This document shows positions 8,628 through 18,027 of a DNA stretch of 21,823 bases, one piece after another. The stretch lies in the NCBI GenBank assembly GCA_038883795.1, contig JAVZLK010000025.1:1-21823 (forward strand), given 5' to 3'. The notes under the pieces are model-generated. The model worked only from the letters and a program-made list of their open reading frames with translations. It had not been told where the DNA came from and did no database searches. How positions within the stretch are numbered: position 1 is the first letter of the stretch; every line of letters starts with the position of its first letter. This DNA comes from Candidatus Bathyarchaeia archaeon. GTDB lineage: Archaea; Thermoproteota; Bathyarchaeia; Bathyarchaeales; Bathycorpusculaceae. The translations under genes were made by a program, and so were the position numbers.

Positions 8628-9743
8628 ATGCCGTTATACGTTGCAAATGATGAGACAATAAATATGATAAGATATGCTCTTGGTGTCTTTAAGTATAGAG
8701 ATTATCTGAGCGGCTTTAGTGAATTGTCTGCTTATCTAGCGTCTCTAAGTTTTGAAAGAACGATTCTTCAAACTGGGGTCAAGTTTGGATTAGACAGAGA
8801 ATTTGGAGCGTTTAGGTATGAAATTACAGATGTAATCAATTTTCTTAGAAAAAAGCAGTTAATAGACGAAAGTGAGTATAAGAAACTTGTATTTTGTAGG
8901 GATTTTCGGAATAATGTAATGCATAAAGGTGCAACCACAACGGAGATACAAGAAACCAAAAAAATATTAAAGACATTATGTGAGATGATTGGACTTGCTT
9001 TAGATGAGGAGTTAGAAAAAAGAGAATTTGAAGACATTTTATCATTCGGTAAAAGACCAACTGTTAAGCGTGAGTTTTCCATTATTCAAGATTCGGACTT
9101 TGATAATTTTATTATACTTTATGAAAAAGCATTAGCGTTGCATTTTAATTTAGAGAAACCACTCTCTTTGCTTGGCTTGAAGCCGGAAGAAGTTTCGGAG
9201 TTTGTTCCAAATAGCGGTGGAATTTGGCTTCCGTGGGTGTTAGGAGAATCCGGAGGAAGATCTCACATAAGAAGAGCCACTTTAGGCATAACATTCACTC
9301 CAAACAGCATAAGAGTCGGAATTGATTTTGGAAGCAAAGCTTACAAGGCAAAACAACAGTATTATTCTCTTCTACTCGAAAACAAAATAGATGAAGTGCT
9401 TTCCAAGTTAACTGAGTCAAATTATCTATTTTACGACACTTATTGGTATTATCACATCCGAAATCTAAGAGCTATTCAAAAATACTTTGATTCATCACAA
9501 GAAATCAAGCATGAGCTTCATATAACATTAGAAGAAGTCAACGAAACTCTTAACCGCCTTAAGCCAATGGCTGGACATAAATTTCTAATTGGGAAAATTT
9601 TCCAAAGAAACACCGCAGAGTTTACCAAAGTAATTGAAAGCTTGCCCAACACAATCAGCAACATTTTTAATGATTTACGACCCTTACTAAAAAAGATAGA
9701 GAATTTCAAAATGTCAACCTATCAGCTACGATACTCTCCATAA
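8628..9743 (+). CDS. Putative HEPN-domain protein with an uncharacterised C-terminal domain
   Basis: Helical N-terminus with SFERTI and RDFRNNVMH (RxxxxH HEPN RNase motif). Confidence 0.6.
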   Translation: MPLYVANDETINMIRYALGVFKYRDYLSGFSELSAYLASLSFERTILQTGVKFGLDREFGAFRYEITDVINFLRKKQLIDESEYKKLVFCRDFRNNVMHKGATTTEIQETKKILKTLCEMIGLALDEELEKREFEDILSFGKRPTVKREFSIIQDSDFDNFIILYEKALALHFNLEKPLSLLGLKPEEVSEFVPNSGGIWLPWVLGESGGRSHIRRATLGITFTPNSIRVGIDFGSKAYKAKQQYYSLLLENKIDEVLSKLTESNYLFYDTYWYYHIRNLRAIQKYFDSSQEIKHELHITLEEVNETLNRLKPMAGHKFLIGKIFQRNTAEFTKVIESLPNTISNIFNDLRPLLKKIENFKMSTYQLRYSP

Positions 9744-9785
9744 CCTCTTTCCTATTCGCCAAAGGCCTTCTCGTATTATTGATGA

Positions 9786-9813
9786 TTTTCCGATAACGGT
9801 GATTAATAGAACA
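9786..9813 (+). repeat. dif/lox-like site, spacer CGGTGA, between two convergent genes
   Basis: TTTTCCGATAA-CGGTGA-TTAATAGAACA; ends 1 bp from the stop codon of the next gene. Confidence 0.8.
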
Positions 9814-9814
9814 G

Positions 9815-10513
9815 CTATGAGCTGCGAACTCTTTCCGTTAACTTCCTAATATACTCCGTAAGTTTTGTCCAACTCTTAAGGAGACCCTCTGCTTCTTCTA
9901 AGTCTAAGTATAAGTTAATGTCTGCTTTCCTAGCTTGACTTGTCAATTCCTCAAGTTTCTTTGAATCTTTGGATTTGAAGGCTTTCATCATATCGGTTGC
10001 CAAATTGAGTTTATGTTTAAGTTTTTCTGCTCTTCTTGCAAACTCCTCATTAATGCTTGTAAGAAACTTCTCTTCCGTCAATAGTGCTTCCCTAGATAAA
10101 AGATGTTGTAACGTTTCAATGTTCTCCTCTCTTGCTAAGTCTCTCCTATACATTTTACATAAGGGCACATCGACGGAACATACATATATCCTAAACTCAT
10201 CACCGTTAGTTATCATTCCAAGCAAGACTTGCGATTCTTCCATATATCGCTTCAGTTGTGGTAAATGCCTCTCTAAGTTTTCACCTAATTTCTTAGTTTC
10301 TACAATTATGCATGTTTCTCTGGAGGGGCCTCTGATAAAAATGTCCCTTCCAGAATGTTCAAAACTAAGGTCAGTAAGACCATGACCAAGGCATTGTAAA
10401 ATGGGTAGAACCACTTTAATTTTAACATCCTCTTCCAGAAATCCTACATCTTTAGGAGTGTAATTGGCAATTTCTTGAAATACCTTCTCTTTATTACCGT
10501 TTGAATGTGACAT
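9815..10513 (-). CDS. Type I restriction enzyme HsdR N-terminal-like (HSDR_N) nuclease-domain protein, stand-alone
   Basis: EEDVKIKVVLPILQCLGH...DIFI...IIVETKK...QLKRY...GMITNGDEFRIY. No helicase domain follows, only a helical tail. Confidence 0.8.
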   Translation of the reverse strand: MSHSNGNKEKVFQEIANYTPKDVGFLEEDVKIKVVLPILQCLGHGLTDLSFEHSGRDIFIRGPSRETCIIVETKKLGENLERHLPQLKRYMEESQVLLGMITNGDEFRIYVCSVDVPLCKMYRRDLAREENIETLQHLLSREALLTEEKFLTSINEEFARRAEKLKHKLNLATDMMKAFKSKDSKKLEELTSQARKADINLYLDLEEAEGLLKSWTKLTEYIRKLTERVRSS

Positions 10514-10716
10514 AATTTTACTTTCCTAATGAAAATAATCTTGACAGTTAAAATAATTTTTGGGTCTTATGCACTTATAAACGGAGAAAATCAATTACTT
10601 CGATTAAGAGAGTATTGATTTTGAGTCTCGGCTGTCTCGTAAGGCATTTTCTCCATTTTGCGCAATACTTTATTGCAATAATGTTCGACATTTTTTGGCT
10701 CGACTGCAGATGTTCT

Positions 10717-10744
10717 GATTCTGTTAAGAGACACTAATAGTATG
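10717..10744 (+). repeat. dif/lox-like site, spacer GAGACA
   Basis: GATTCTGTTAA-GAGACA-CTAATAGTATG. Confidence 0.85.
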
Positions 10745-10853
10745 TTCTCATCTGAAAAGGGCTTTCGCATCGCTTTGAAATCGCTTTGAATAATAAAAAA
10801 TGGGCACTTATATAGGATACATGAAACAAGTATAATGTGGTGGAGATGATGGA

Positions 10854-11363
10854 ATGTCGCGGGGAAGAATTCCCACAGTCGCTGGAAAGAAAGCTGAGAT
10901 GCGGTTTGTTTCGGCTTTGATAGAAAGAGATTTTATTCCTTTTATTCCGGTGGTCGATTTAGGAATTGATGTAATTGCGGAGAAATTCTCAGAAGGTCAA
11001 CCACCCAAATATTTTGCTTTTCAAGTGAAAACTTCGTCGTTTAGTAGTAAAAATGCTTGCTGGTATTGGTATATAAATAAATACAGCTTTAGATGCGCCA
11101 AAAACGTTTTCTACGTGCTTGTGTTTGAAGATGCTGAAAACTTCCCTGAAAATGTTAAAGCGGATCCTCAGTTCAACACATGTATAATTCCATCTAAGGA
11201 AATCTGCACATCTGGTCATTGGACTACTTATAAAGGAGGGCAGAGTTTTGACGTGACGATTACAGTCAACATGTTGAAACACATCCGAAGGTTTTCTAAG
11301 AAAGCAACAAATAGTGGAATAGCATTGCGTCACTTTAATAGGTGGTCTAATCTGAATCATTAG
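10854..11363 (+). CDS. PD-(D/E)XK endonuclease-fold protein
   Basis: GKKAEMRF..ALIER...PVVDLGIDVIA...FQVKTS (E...D...QxK). Confidence 0.8.
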   Translation: MSRGRIPTVAGKKAEMRFVSALIERDFIPFIPVVDLGIDVIAEKFSEGQPPKYFAFQVKTSSFSSKNACWYWYINKYSFRCAKNVFYVLVFEDAENFPENVKADPQFNTCIIPSKEICTSGHWTTYKGGQSFDVTITVNMLKHIRRFSKKATNSGIALRHFNRWSNLNH

Positions 11364-11528
11364 ATTGTTTTTCATCTTCAATCAATTAGGAATTGTTAAA
11401 GAAACCACTGTCCAATACCTAATCTTGGAAATGTTCCAGTTGATAGGGCATCCCATACAAAAATTACCTTTCTTCAAGTAAAGAGCTTGTTTCGAAACGC
11501 TTATCTCCTAATATCCCCCCATTCAACG

Positions 11529-11556
11529 ATTCTTGTTAGCGGTGACTAATAGGAGT
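11529..11556 (+). repeat. dif/lox-like site, spacer CGGTGA
   Basis: ATTCTTGTTAG-CGGTGA-CTAATAGGAGT. Confidence 0.8.
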
Positions 11557-11639
11557 GATATTTTATTTCGTGTAGTCGGATGCGTTTGGATGGTTTGAAG
11601 GAGAAATTTATTTTGATGTTTTTATGATTAGTATAAGGG

Positions 11640-12125
11640 GTGGGGCGGATGGAGGTTTCGGGTGAGGTTTCAGCTTTGGCTAATTATCAACGAAAGATGG
11701 AGGAATTTTATAATGATCTGTTGGATGTTTGGTTTAGGGGATGTTTTGGACTTTACACGGACGTTTTTTGTGAAGAGGAACCGTATGTTCTGCATCCTGA
11801 CATAGAATTGGTGTTTTTTGAGGATGTTTTAAATGTGGATCCGAATGATCCTGAGCAGCCAATGTTGAGGCTTCTCGGAAGTCTTGTTAAGAGGGGGTGG
11901 CAAATTAAGATGAATTTTATGGCTCGAAACTGCCTGTTAGGCAATGTGGTTGTGAAGATTGGTGATAAGTGGTTTGCTTTTGGGCAGTGCAGAAGGGATG
12001 ATTATGGAGAACCATATGTGGCGGAGATATGGCCTTTAAAATATGTTTTGCCGAGGATTGAAAAAATGGAGGTTAAATTAAAATATGCTAAAGCTATAAG
12101 AGAGGAGGCCCTAATTCCGCCTTAA
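11640..12125 (+). CDS. Hypothetical protein
   Basis: 161-aa ORF with a G-rich SD region (ATG at 11649 is an alternative start); no motif recognised. Confidence 0.7.
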   Translation: MGRMEVSGEVSALANYQRKMEEFYNDLLDVWFRGCFGLYTDVFCEEEPYVLHPDIELVFFEDVLNVDPNDPEQPMLRLLGSLVKRGWQIKMNFMARNCLLGNVVVKIGDKWFAFGQCRRDDYGEPYVAEIWPLKYVLPRIEKMEVKLKYAKAIREEALIPP

Positions 12126-12417
12126 ACTCTTGACATTCACTTTCAGTATGTTTTAGCCTTTCATGCATTGATTGCTTTTTGGTTTGAACTTTAACGGTTA
12201 TGAGTTTCCTCTTGTTTTTGAAATCTTCGTCATATTCTAGGAGGTTGATTTTTAATATCACCCAATAAGGCTCTTTTCTCCAATGAACATTTAAATATGA
12301 ACAGGTCATGGGTTCGCCAATTTTGACTAAACTATCGATTTCCTCTTTAGTAACGCCAGCAAAAGACAAAGACTCTAACAACTTCTGCTTAACAGTTTCC
12401 AAAGCTTCAACCATCAA
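12094..12417 (-). CDS. Hypothetical protein
   Basis: 107-aa ORF with GGGTG SD-like upstream sequence; its 3' end overlaps the convergent ORF by 32 bp. Confidence 0.6.
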   Translation of the reverse strand: MMVEALETVKQKLLESLSFAGVTKEEIDSLVKIGEPMTCSYLNVHWRKEPYWVILKINLLEYDEDFKNKRKLITVKVQTKKQSMHERLKHTESECQEFKAELGPPLL

Positions 12418-12758
12418 ACCACACCCAAAGCCACAAATGGGGAGCCATTAGCACTTAAGAATTTTCCAAAAATTCAAATAAACAACGAAGATAAAAAAGC
12501 CCCAAAAAACCAAAAATTAAATAAAAAAGGAAGCATGTCCAAAACTTCGATGAAAATCGGTAATTTTTGAGAGAAAACGAACAGAAGCGAACAGAATAAA
12601 TATTTATAAGCGGTTTGGTTAAATGCATATAACCATGCCAAAGCTAATTTGCGCTTTTGGAGAATACCTAACTGTTTAATTCGTCTGCTGAAAGTATTTG
12701 CAGAAGTTTTCCAGAAATTATAACATCTTTCGTTGAAGCAGAATTACTAGATAGGAAT

Positions 12759-13320
12759 ATGCTCCAAGACTATAGGAAGATGAACCTATCACTCCATAGT
12801 CTGTTGGTTTTCGCTCTCGTGGTGGCTGGCTTCAGCTCCAATTTACTATCAGCTATTGAGCCTCGCATACCCTTGTCTACGCCCCTAAATCCATCTAATT
12901 ACGGCGTGGTTTCAAGGAGAGGAATACCAAGGTTGCACCATCAAATAAAATTCGACGTGTGTCTTTACCGAAACAAATCTCATGACACTTTTGCTGAAGT
13001 TAATACCATTGATACGGCTTTGGGATACGAGAGTTCCAAGGAAAGAGTTTCTAACAAAGAGAGACATTTATAAGCACTTCGGTAAACAAGCAGAACAAAA
13101 GTATGGATTTATTATCTGCATTACCTTGCCACGTAACGTTATATATCGACCGCCATGGCCTGACCAAAGATATTTAAATGCAATTTACTACGCAACGCTT
13201 GAGCCAAAATGGAGAGAACTGAGAACCGAATTGAATGAATACTTGGATGCACATTTGATAGTGATAGAAGAAAACGGCATACACATTAATGGTGTCCATT
13301 TTCCTATCCATTTTCCTTGA
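12759..13320 (+). pseudogene. Probable frameshifted/decayed gene, possibly nuclease-like
   Basis: Two overlapping ORFs in different frames (12759..13073, 12982..13320). IKFDVCLY...FAEV in the first looks as if it should continue into RKEFLTKRDIY...FIICITLP in the second. Confidence 0.4.
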
Positions 13321-13527
13321 CAAATGAATTTGAATATCCTAACAGCTTCTTTTTCTTTTGAAAGTTAAGATACTACATTATTATTTTCAGGGAAAAGTAA
13401 ACTTTTGTCTGCGTTGGGAATTCACAGCCCTTGATCAAGTTCGCAAGGTTTTGGGCTTGCCTTCCTATCACTCTGGCCTAAGCTTCCTTTTCTCTCAAAG
13501 AGAATTGCTTTAACTTGTTTTTGGCGA

Positions 13528-14067
13528 CTATCTTTTTAACTGAATGTCCATCATCTTTTCAACTAAGTGCAACAGCCACAGTCCATCTGGTAGCGTTGTT
13601 GTTCCTTTTGTCTTAGGCTTAAATGGAGGTTTTTCTTTCCAATCGTCAATTGCCGGAATGACATCCTCTTTTATGAAAGAATCTAAATGTTTTATGTTAA
13701 TGTTGTTCTTTTTAGTGGCTTCAATAGTTTCCTTGCTTACATACGTTGCAATATAGAGATTTTCGTAAGACGCTTTTCCATCAAAACCAAGTTTTTTGCG
13801 ACAATATTCCTCAATAGCTTTTTGATTAACGCTACTGAACTTCTTCTGAATATGTTGAATGTTTTTTTCGGTGCCTCCTGGTAGACTGCCAACTTCTACA
13901 TGCATTATTTCCAGAACCCTGTCTCTAATCCTAATCCCTAAAACATCGGCTTCAGGTCTTCCTCCAGGCTCTGCGGTTCTTATTGGAACAGAGATCTCAA
14001 CGAAATAGCCCTTTAACTGTAACCATTCCGCTATTAATTCTTCACTCCATGTTCTGGTATAAGGCAT
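13528..14067 (-). CDS. Restriction-endonuclease-like PD-(D/E)XK-fold protein
   Basis: WSEELIAEWLQLKGYFV...EADVLGI...HVEVG. GGTGA SD upstream of ATG 14067. Confidence 0.7.
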   Translation of the reverse strand: MPYTRTWSEELIAEWLQLKGYFVEISVPIRTAEPGGRPEADVLGIRIRDRVLEIMHVEVGSLPGGTEKNIQHIQKKFSSVNQKAIEEYCRKKLGFDGKASYENLYIATYVSKETIEATKKNNINIKHLDSFIKEDVIPAIDDWKEKPPFKPKTKGTTTLPDGLWLLHLVEKMMDIQLKR

Positions 14068-14366
14068 TTTTAACTTCACCGTGAAGAAAAGATGAACTTT
14101 AAACATATTAACTTATTCAACTCTTTATAATGTTGAATGCGCGTTATCAGAAGACTTTGGAATGGTTAAATAGATTAAAAGAGAACAATTAAGTGAAGTG
14201 CAACTTCAAAAGCACAATAACGATTCATGACCAATGGGAAACTTTAACGAGGAAATATAAAAGTAATTCAATTTTTATCTTGAAACCTGTGAACTTTGTG
14301 TGAAGGAAATAGAATTTTACGATATTAAAGAAAAAGGGGGTAACGATTTTAATTTCAATGTTGAAC

Positions 14367-14525
14367 TTATACTGCCTTTATTCTCTTGACTATTGGCGAT
14401 CGCACCTTGCGTGCAACTTTATAGAGACAGTTTGGGCACTTCCAGTTTAGTATCTCCCACTTCTCCGCCGAACACCTAAGACCGCACCTTACACACTCAT
14501 AAATAATTTCGCCTGAGTTGGACAT
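14367..14525 (-). CDS. rpoP: DNA-directed RNA polymerase subunit P (Rpo12)-like protein, 52 aa
   Basis: Below the ORF-track cutoff. MSNSGEIIYECVRCGLRCSAEKWEILNWKCPNCLYKVARKVRSPIVKRIKAV has the Rpo12 pattern Y.C.RCG...CP.C.Y(K/R)...K.R...vK.iKA. Strong SD GAGGTG. Confidence 0.85.
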   Translation of the reverse strand: MSNSGEIIYECVRCGLRCSAEKWEILNWKCPNCLYKVARKVRSPIVKRIKAV

Positions 14526-14694
14526 GCGCATCACCTCAAAAGAAAGAGCATTTGGTTATACACGCGCACACATCAGAACAAAACAATGAAAATTCGTCAC
14601 ATTCCTCTTATTTAGCTTTTTCTGACAAATATTCTAAAGGTTACTGCTGGCATCAAAGAACACCTCCACTCACACGGTGCTCCGTTTTCTCAAA

Positions 14695-14722
14695 CATTCT
14701 GTTAGCGATGATTAATGGAACT
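14695..14722 (+). repeat. dif/lox-like site, spacer CGATGA
   Basis: CATTCTGTTAG-CGATGA-TTAATGGAACT. Confidence 0.88.
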
Positions 14723-14761
14723 TTAAAATTTTAAATATAATTCTAATGAAAAGACTGTATA

Positions 14762-15202
14762 GTGCACGATATGAGCAATCGTCAAATATCTGGCATGTCT
14801 GGTGTTTATTATGTGGCTGCAGAATTGTCCAAGCTGGGTTACATAGCCCTCGTAACGACCCGCAACACGAAGGCTGCTGACATTATTGCTATGAATGATG
14901 AAACAGGTGTGAGCGTGGCTATAGAAGTAAAAACATGTGGCATCTCTACTTCGGATAGCTTCTGGCTCCTCAGTGCGAGAGACCGTCAAAAGAAGCCACA
15001 TAATTTTATCTACGTGTTCGTCAAACTTAATAGAGATAAAGCTCACGATTTTTATATAGTGCCAGCTCAGTTTGTTGCGAAGAACGTTGAGAAACAAAAG
15101 GCTAAGACAGGAAGCGTATGGTATTACATATCAAAAGATCGAATAGCTTCATTTAAGCAAAAATGGGATTTAATACAGCATGTTACAACCAAAAAATCTT
15201 GA
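14762..15202 (+). CDS. PD-(D/E)XK endonuclease-fold protein
   Basis: GMSGVYYVAAELSKLGY...RNTKAADIIA...IEVKT. ATG 14771 is the likely start. Confidence 0.8.
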   Translation: MHDMSNRQISGMSGVYYVAAELSKLGYIALVTTRNTKAADIIAMNDETGVSVAIEVKTCGISTSDSFWLLSARDRQKKPHNFIYVFVKLNRDKAHDFYIVPAQFVAKNVEKQKAKTGSVWYYISKDRIASFKQKWDLIQHVTTKKS

Positions 15203-15223
15203 AGATTTTCGTAACGACTATTT

Positions 15224-15718
15224 TTATAACTCAAGTAGCTGTTTCCACTTAAGGGCTTCATCTGTTCCAAAGGTGGATAAAACATCCTCTATACGAACAA
15301 TTTCGCGTAAGGCATCCTTTCCAAACTCTTCTAGGTAAAGGCTAACTATTTCACCTGGACCAATATTCTTATGTTTGGCTAATTCTAAGAATGCTCCGAA
15401 TATCAATTTTTCTCTCTCTAGGGCATATTCTCTTAGCTCATCGTGGTCGGTGTGGCGACGAATTTCCTCTATTCTTTGTAAGCAACTTAGAACTCCCTCA
15501 AGGTCGTCCAGACCTATTTTATCTGATCTCAAATCGTAGTATCTGATAATGGACATTGCCTCTACAGCTGATGTTAGTAAAACCATCGATTCTTTAATTT
15601 CTCTTTCAGACTTATGTTCTTGCTCCTCTAAACTCTTAACAATGGTATTTATTCGGGAGCCTATTTGCTCAATTGCGTCTTCTATTCTCTTAATCCGCTG
15701 TTCAATATCGTCTCCCAA
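15224..15718 (-). CDS. Hypothetical helical/coiled-coil protein
   Basis: 164-aa ORF, TTG start with GGTGA SD, N-terminal heptad pattern. Confidence 0.7.
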   Translation of the reverse strand: MGDDIEQRIKRIEDAIEQIGSRINTIVKSLEEQEHKSEREIKESMVLLTSAVEAMSIIRYYDLRSDKIGLDDLEGVLSCLQRIEEIRRHTDHDELREYALEREKLIFGAFLELAKHKNIGPGEIVSLYLEEFGKDALREIVRIEDVLSTFGTDEALKWKQLLEL

Positions 15719-15775
15719 AATTTCACCGCACTTTTTGATTAAAAATTTCTAGCAAGCCCTTTAAAATTTTTGGGT

Positions 15776-15803
15776 AATGCTGTTAAGATCTTCGAAAGGT
15801 ATC
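15776..15803 (+). repeat. Degenerate dif/lox-like site (candidate)
   Basis: AATGCTGTTAA-GATCTT-CGAAAGGTATC; good left arm, weak right arm, intergenic. Confidence 0.45.
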
Positions 15804-15873
15804 CATAAAATTCGCTTGCAGTTTACTTAATGAAAGACATATAATATTTTTGTGTTAAATACACTATAGAGGT

Positions 15874-16773
15874 GTGCTCTTGTCCCAAAGGAAAATGCTT
15901 TACGCTGAGGCCGAGGGAAGCTATACAGATATCCTTTACCTGCACATATTAAGCGAGAAAGTTTTTCCTGAAAATGATGGTGTTGTTAAAGAAGTTCAGG
16001 TTGGTGGGAAGAAAAGTTTTGTTAGAGTTGACTTGGTTTCACGCTATGGACAGCCGGAAAGATATTTTGGAATTGAGGTAAAATACTGGCCTGGAGCTTT
16101 CGAGCAAGGTTTTAAGCAAGCTGATAGAATAAAAGGTAATGTTCATGCGGTTTTCTTAGGCATTCCAGCTGAAGATGTGCCAGTCGCCCAGGAAGTTAGG
16201 GGGAGGAGGTTTAGAGATATTGGTGTTTTACCAGTTTCACGAATTTTTCCAACAAAAGTTGCTGCAGTTAAAGCTAGCCTAAACGCTAATCCTGATCAAA
16301 ATGCACTCAATCAACTCTCCAAACATTTTGATGATCTACTTTATGGGAAAGAATATTCGGAAACTTATTATAGCAAGATTTGGGATGTCATAAAAAGCAA
16401 ATTGACAAAAAGGAGAAAATTTGCATTTTTTATTCTTTTCCTTTCACAAACTGAAGTCTACTCTAAACAGAAATTTTTGTCGCAGCAAAAAGTCAGAGAA
16501 TTTGGAATTAAATTATCCGAAGCGCTTAACCTGCAAATCAAGCATCCAGATTGGGCTTGCTGGGAATTATATCATTTAGGTATTGTAGAATACGTTCGAA
16601 TAGGTGTCCGAAACAACTTTTTTAGGCTTAATCCCTGGCTAATCGTGACCGTTAAGGATACGATTAAAGATTATTTCAAGAATGAAATTATTCAATCTCA
16701 AAATGTCGTTCAACAAATTCACAGAGAGATAATAGATAAAAGATCTAACGTTATCCATGATTACATCGGTTGA
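15874..16773 (+). CDS. PD-(D/E)XK nuclease-fold N-terminus with possible C-terminal winged helix
   Basis: KEVQV...RVDLVSR...GIEVK...GFKQA. C-terminal ACWELYHLGIVEY...FFRLN is wHTH-like. GAGGTG SD. Confidence 0.7.
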   Translation: MLLSQRKMLYAEAEGSYTDILYLHILSEKVFPENDGVVKEVQVGGKKSFVRVDLVSRYGQPERYFGIEVKYWPGAFEQGFKQADRIKGNVHAVFLGIPAEDVPVAQEVRGRRFRDIGVLPVSRIFPTKVAAVKASLNANPDQNALNQLSKHFDDLLYGKEYSETYYSKIWDVIKSKLTKRRKFAFFILFLSQTEVYSKQKFLSQQKVREFGIKLSEALNLQIKHPDWACWELYHLGIVEYVRIGVRNNFFRLNPWLIVTVKDTIKDYFKNEIIQSQNVVQQIHREIIDKRSNVIHDYIG

Positions 16774-16782
16774 TTTTAAACA

Positions 16783-16810
16783 TATTCTGTTAGGAGACAC
16801 TAACAGAATA
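16783..16810 (+). repeat. dif/lox-like site, perfect inverted arms, spacer GAGACA, between convergent genes
   Basis: TATTCTGTTAG-GAGACA-CTAACAGAATA; the arms are perfectly complementary and extend to 12 bp. Confidence 0.92.
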
Positions 16811-16850
16811 TATGAAGAGAGTCTGCTTAAACATTGCCTAATTTCATTGG

Positions 16851-17921
16851 CTACTTAATTTGCGTCTTTAACCAGTAAACGGTGTTTTTGAATTTTTCGC
16901 GGTTTTCTGGTTCAATTAGTGCGTTAATTTTTACTGAGGGCCACTTTGAAAAATCAGCTGGAATTTGCTGTAGAGAGGGTATTTCATGTATCATTTTGTG
17001 AAATTGTTCGAGAATTTCTTTGGGTAATTGCGCTTTCATCCAGCCGTAATTTAATGTGAGTTTCCCGTTTGTGTAGACGGTGAATACTGATATAGTCTTG
17101 CCTTCCTTTATAAAATGAAAGGTAAAGGACCCCACTTCTCTACCAGTCCCAAACCACACTCTATCAGCCGTCCTTGAACTCCACTCATACAGATCCTTAA
17201 CTAAATCAACAATATCAGACTCGTTTTTCTCTTCTAAAACAGCAAAGAATTCCTCTTTTGACCATTGGCCTCTTTCTTTTGAAATTGATGGCTTCATAGA
17301 AACACCATACAAATGTGGCACTAGTATTTCAAGTTGGTCGACTTGAAACCTTTTCATTTCCAAGGCATGTAAAGAAAAAGCGGATTTGCTACACTCGTTT
17401 AAGTATCTTATTATTCGTCTTAATTCCTCATTTATGGTGTCCACAACTATTATGAGAATAAAAGAGCCTGTCTCCAATGTTCGTTTAACGCCTTCTCGAA
17501 ATTGTTCTTCATCCCATTCTCCAGCTACGCCTTCCGCAACAAGATCTGCAAGGCTTTTTCCCTTCAACTTTTGAATTCGAGCATCAATTTCTTCATAACT
17601 CATTCCCCAAAGATATGCTGCATACTCCAAAATCTGGCCAATAACTTTACGTTTGACTTCCGGGTTTGCAGCAAGTTTGCACTCTATTATTGCAATGTCG
17701 CCTTGCGAGCTAAAGGCTAAAACATCTGAAGCTCCAGAGCCAGGTAAACCAAATTCGCTTACAGCAAATATAAGTGGTGAGGCGCCTTCTCTTATTTCGT
17801 CAATCGTTATAAGGGATGGAGATTCAACAAGCAATTTTTGAAGCTCAGACTCAGCCTTGGCTATAATAGTTTCTGCAAACTTCCATTTTTTCGATCCAAT
17901 ATCGCGAATTAGTATTTTCAT
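16851..17921 (-). CDS. NucS/EndoMS-like PD-(D/E)XK nuclease-domain protein with a C-terminal accessory domain
   Basis: ESELQKLL..SP...EF...G.SDVL...G.IAIIECKL..N.E.KRKVIGQILEYA. Confidence 0.75.
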   Translation of the reverse strand: MKILIRDIGSKKWKFAETIIAKAESELQKLLVESPSLITIDEIREGASPLIFAVSEFGLPGSGASDVLAFSSQGDIAIIECKLAANPEVKRKVIGQILEYAAYLWGMSYEEIDARIQKLKGKSLADLVAEGVAGEWDEEQFREGVKRTLETGSFILIIVVDTINEELRRIIRYLNECSKSAFSLHALEMKRFQVDQLEILVPHLYGVSMKPSISKERGQWSKEEFFAVLEEKNESDIVDLVKDLYEWSSRTADRVWFGTGREVGSFTFHFIKEGKTISVFTVYTNGKLTLNYGWMKAQLPKEILEQFHKMIHEIPSLQQIPADFSKWPSVKINALIEPENREKFKNTVYWLKTQIK

Positions 17922-18027
17922 AACGCCATCACAAACAAAGATTAAAATTCAAGTGCAATATTTTAATTTCTGTGCAGAATTTAAAGGAGTTGCCATGGCT
18001 TCACAAGTAGTAACCAGAAACTTAATA

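Noticed and set aside
10769-10790. 11-bp tandem duplication ATCGCTTTGAA x2
   Set aside because: Single local duplication, most simply replication slippage; not seen elsewhere in the window.
17966-17991. ATTTCTGTGCA-GAAT-TTAAAGGAGTT as a site between the 16851 and 18028 genes
   Set aside because: The spacing is wrong and the TTA core of the left arm is missing.
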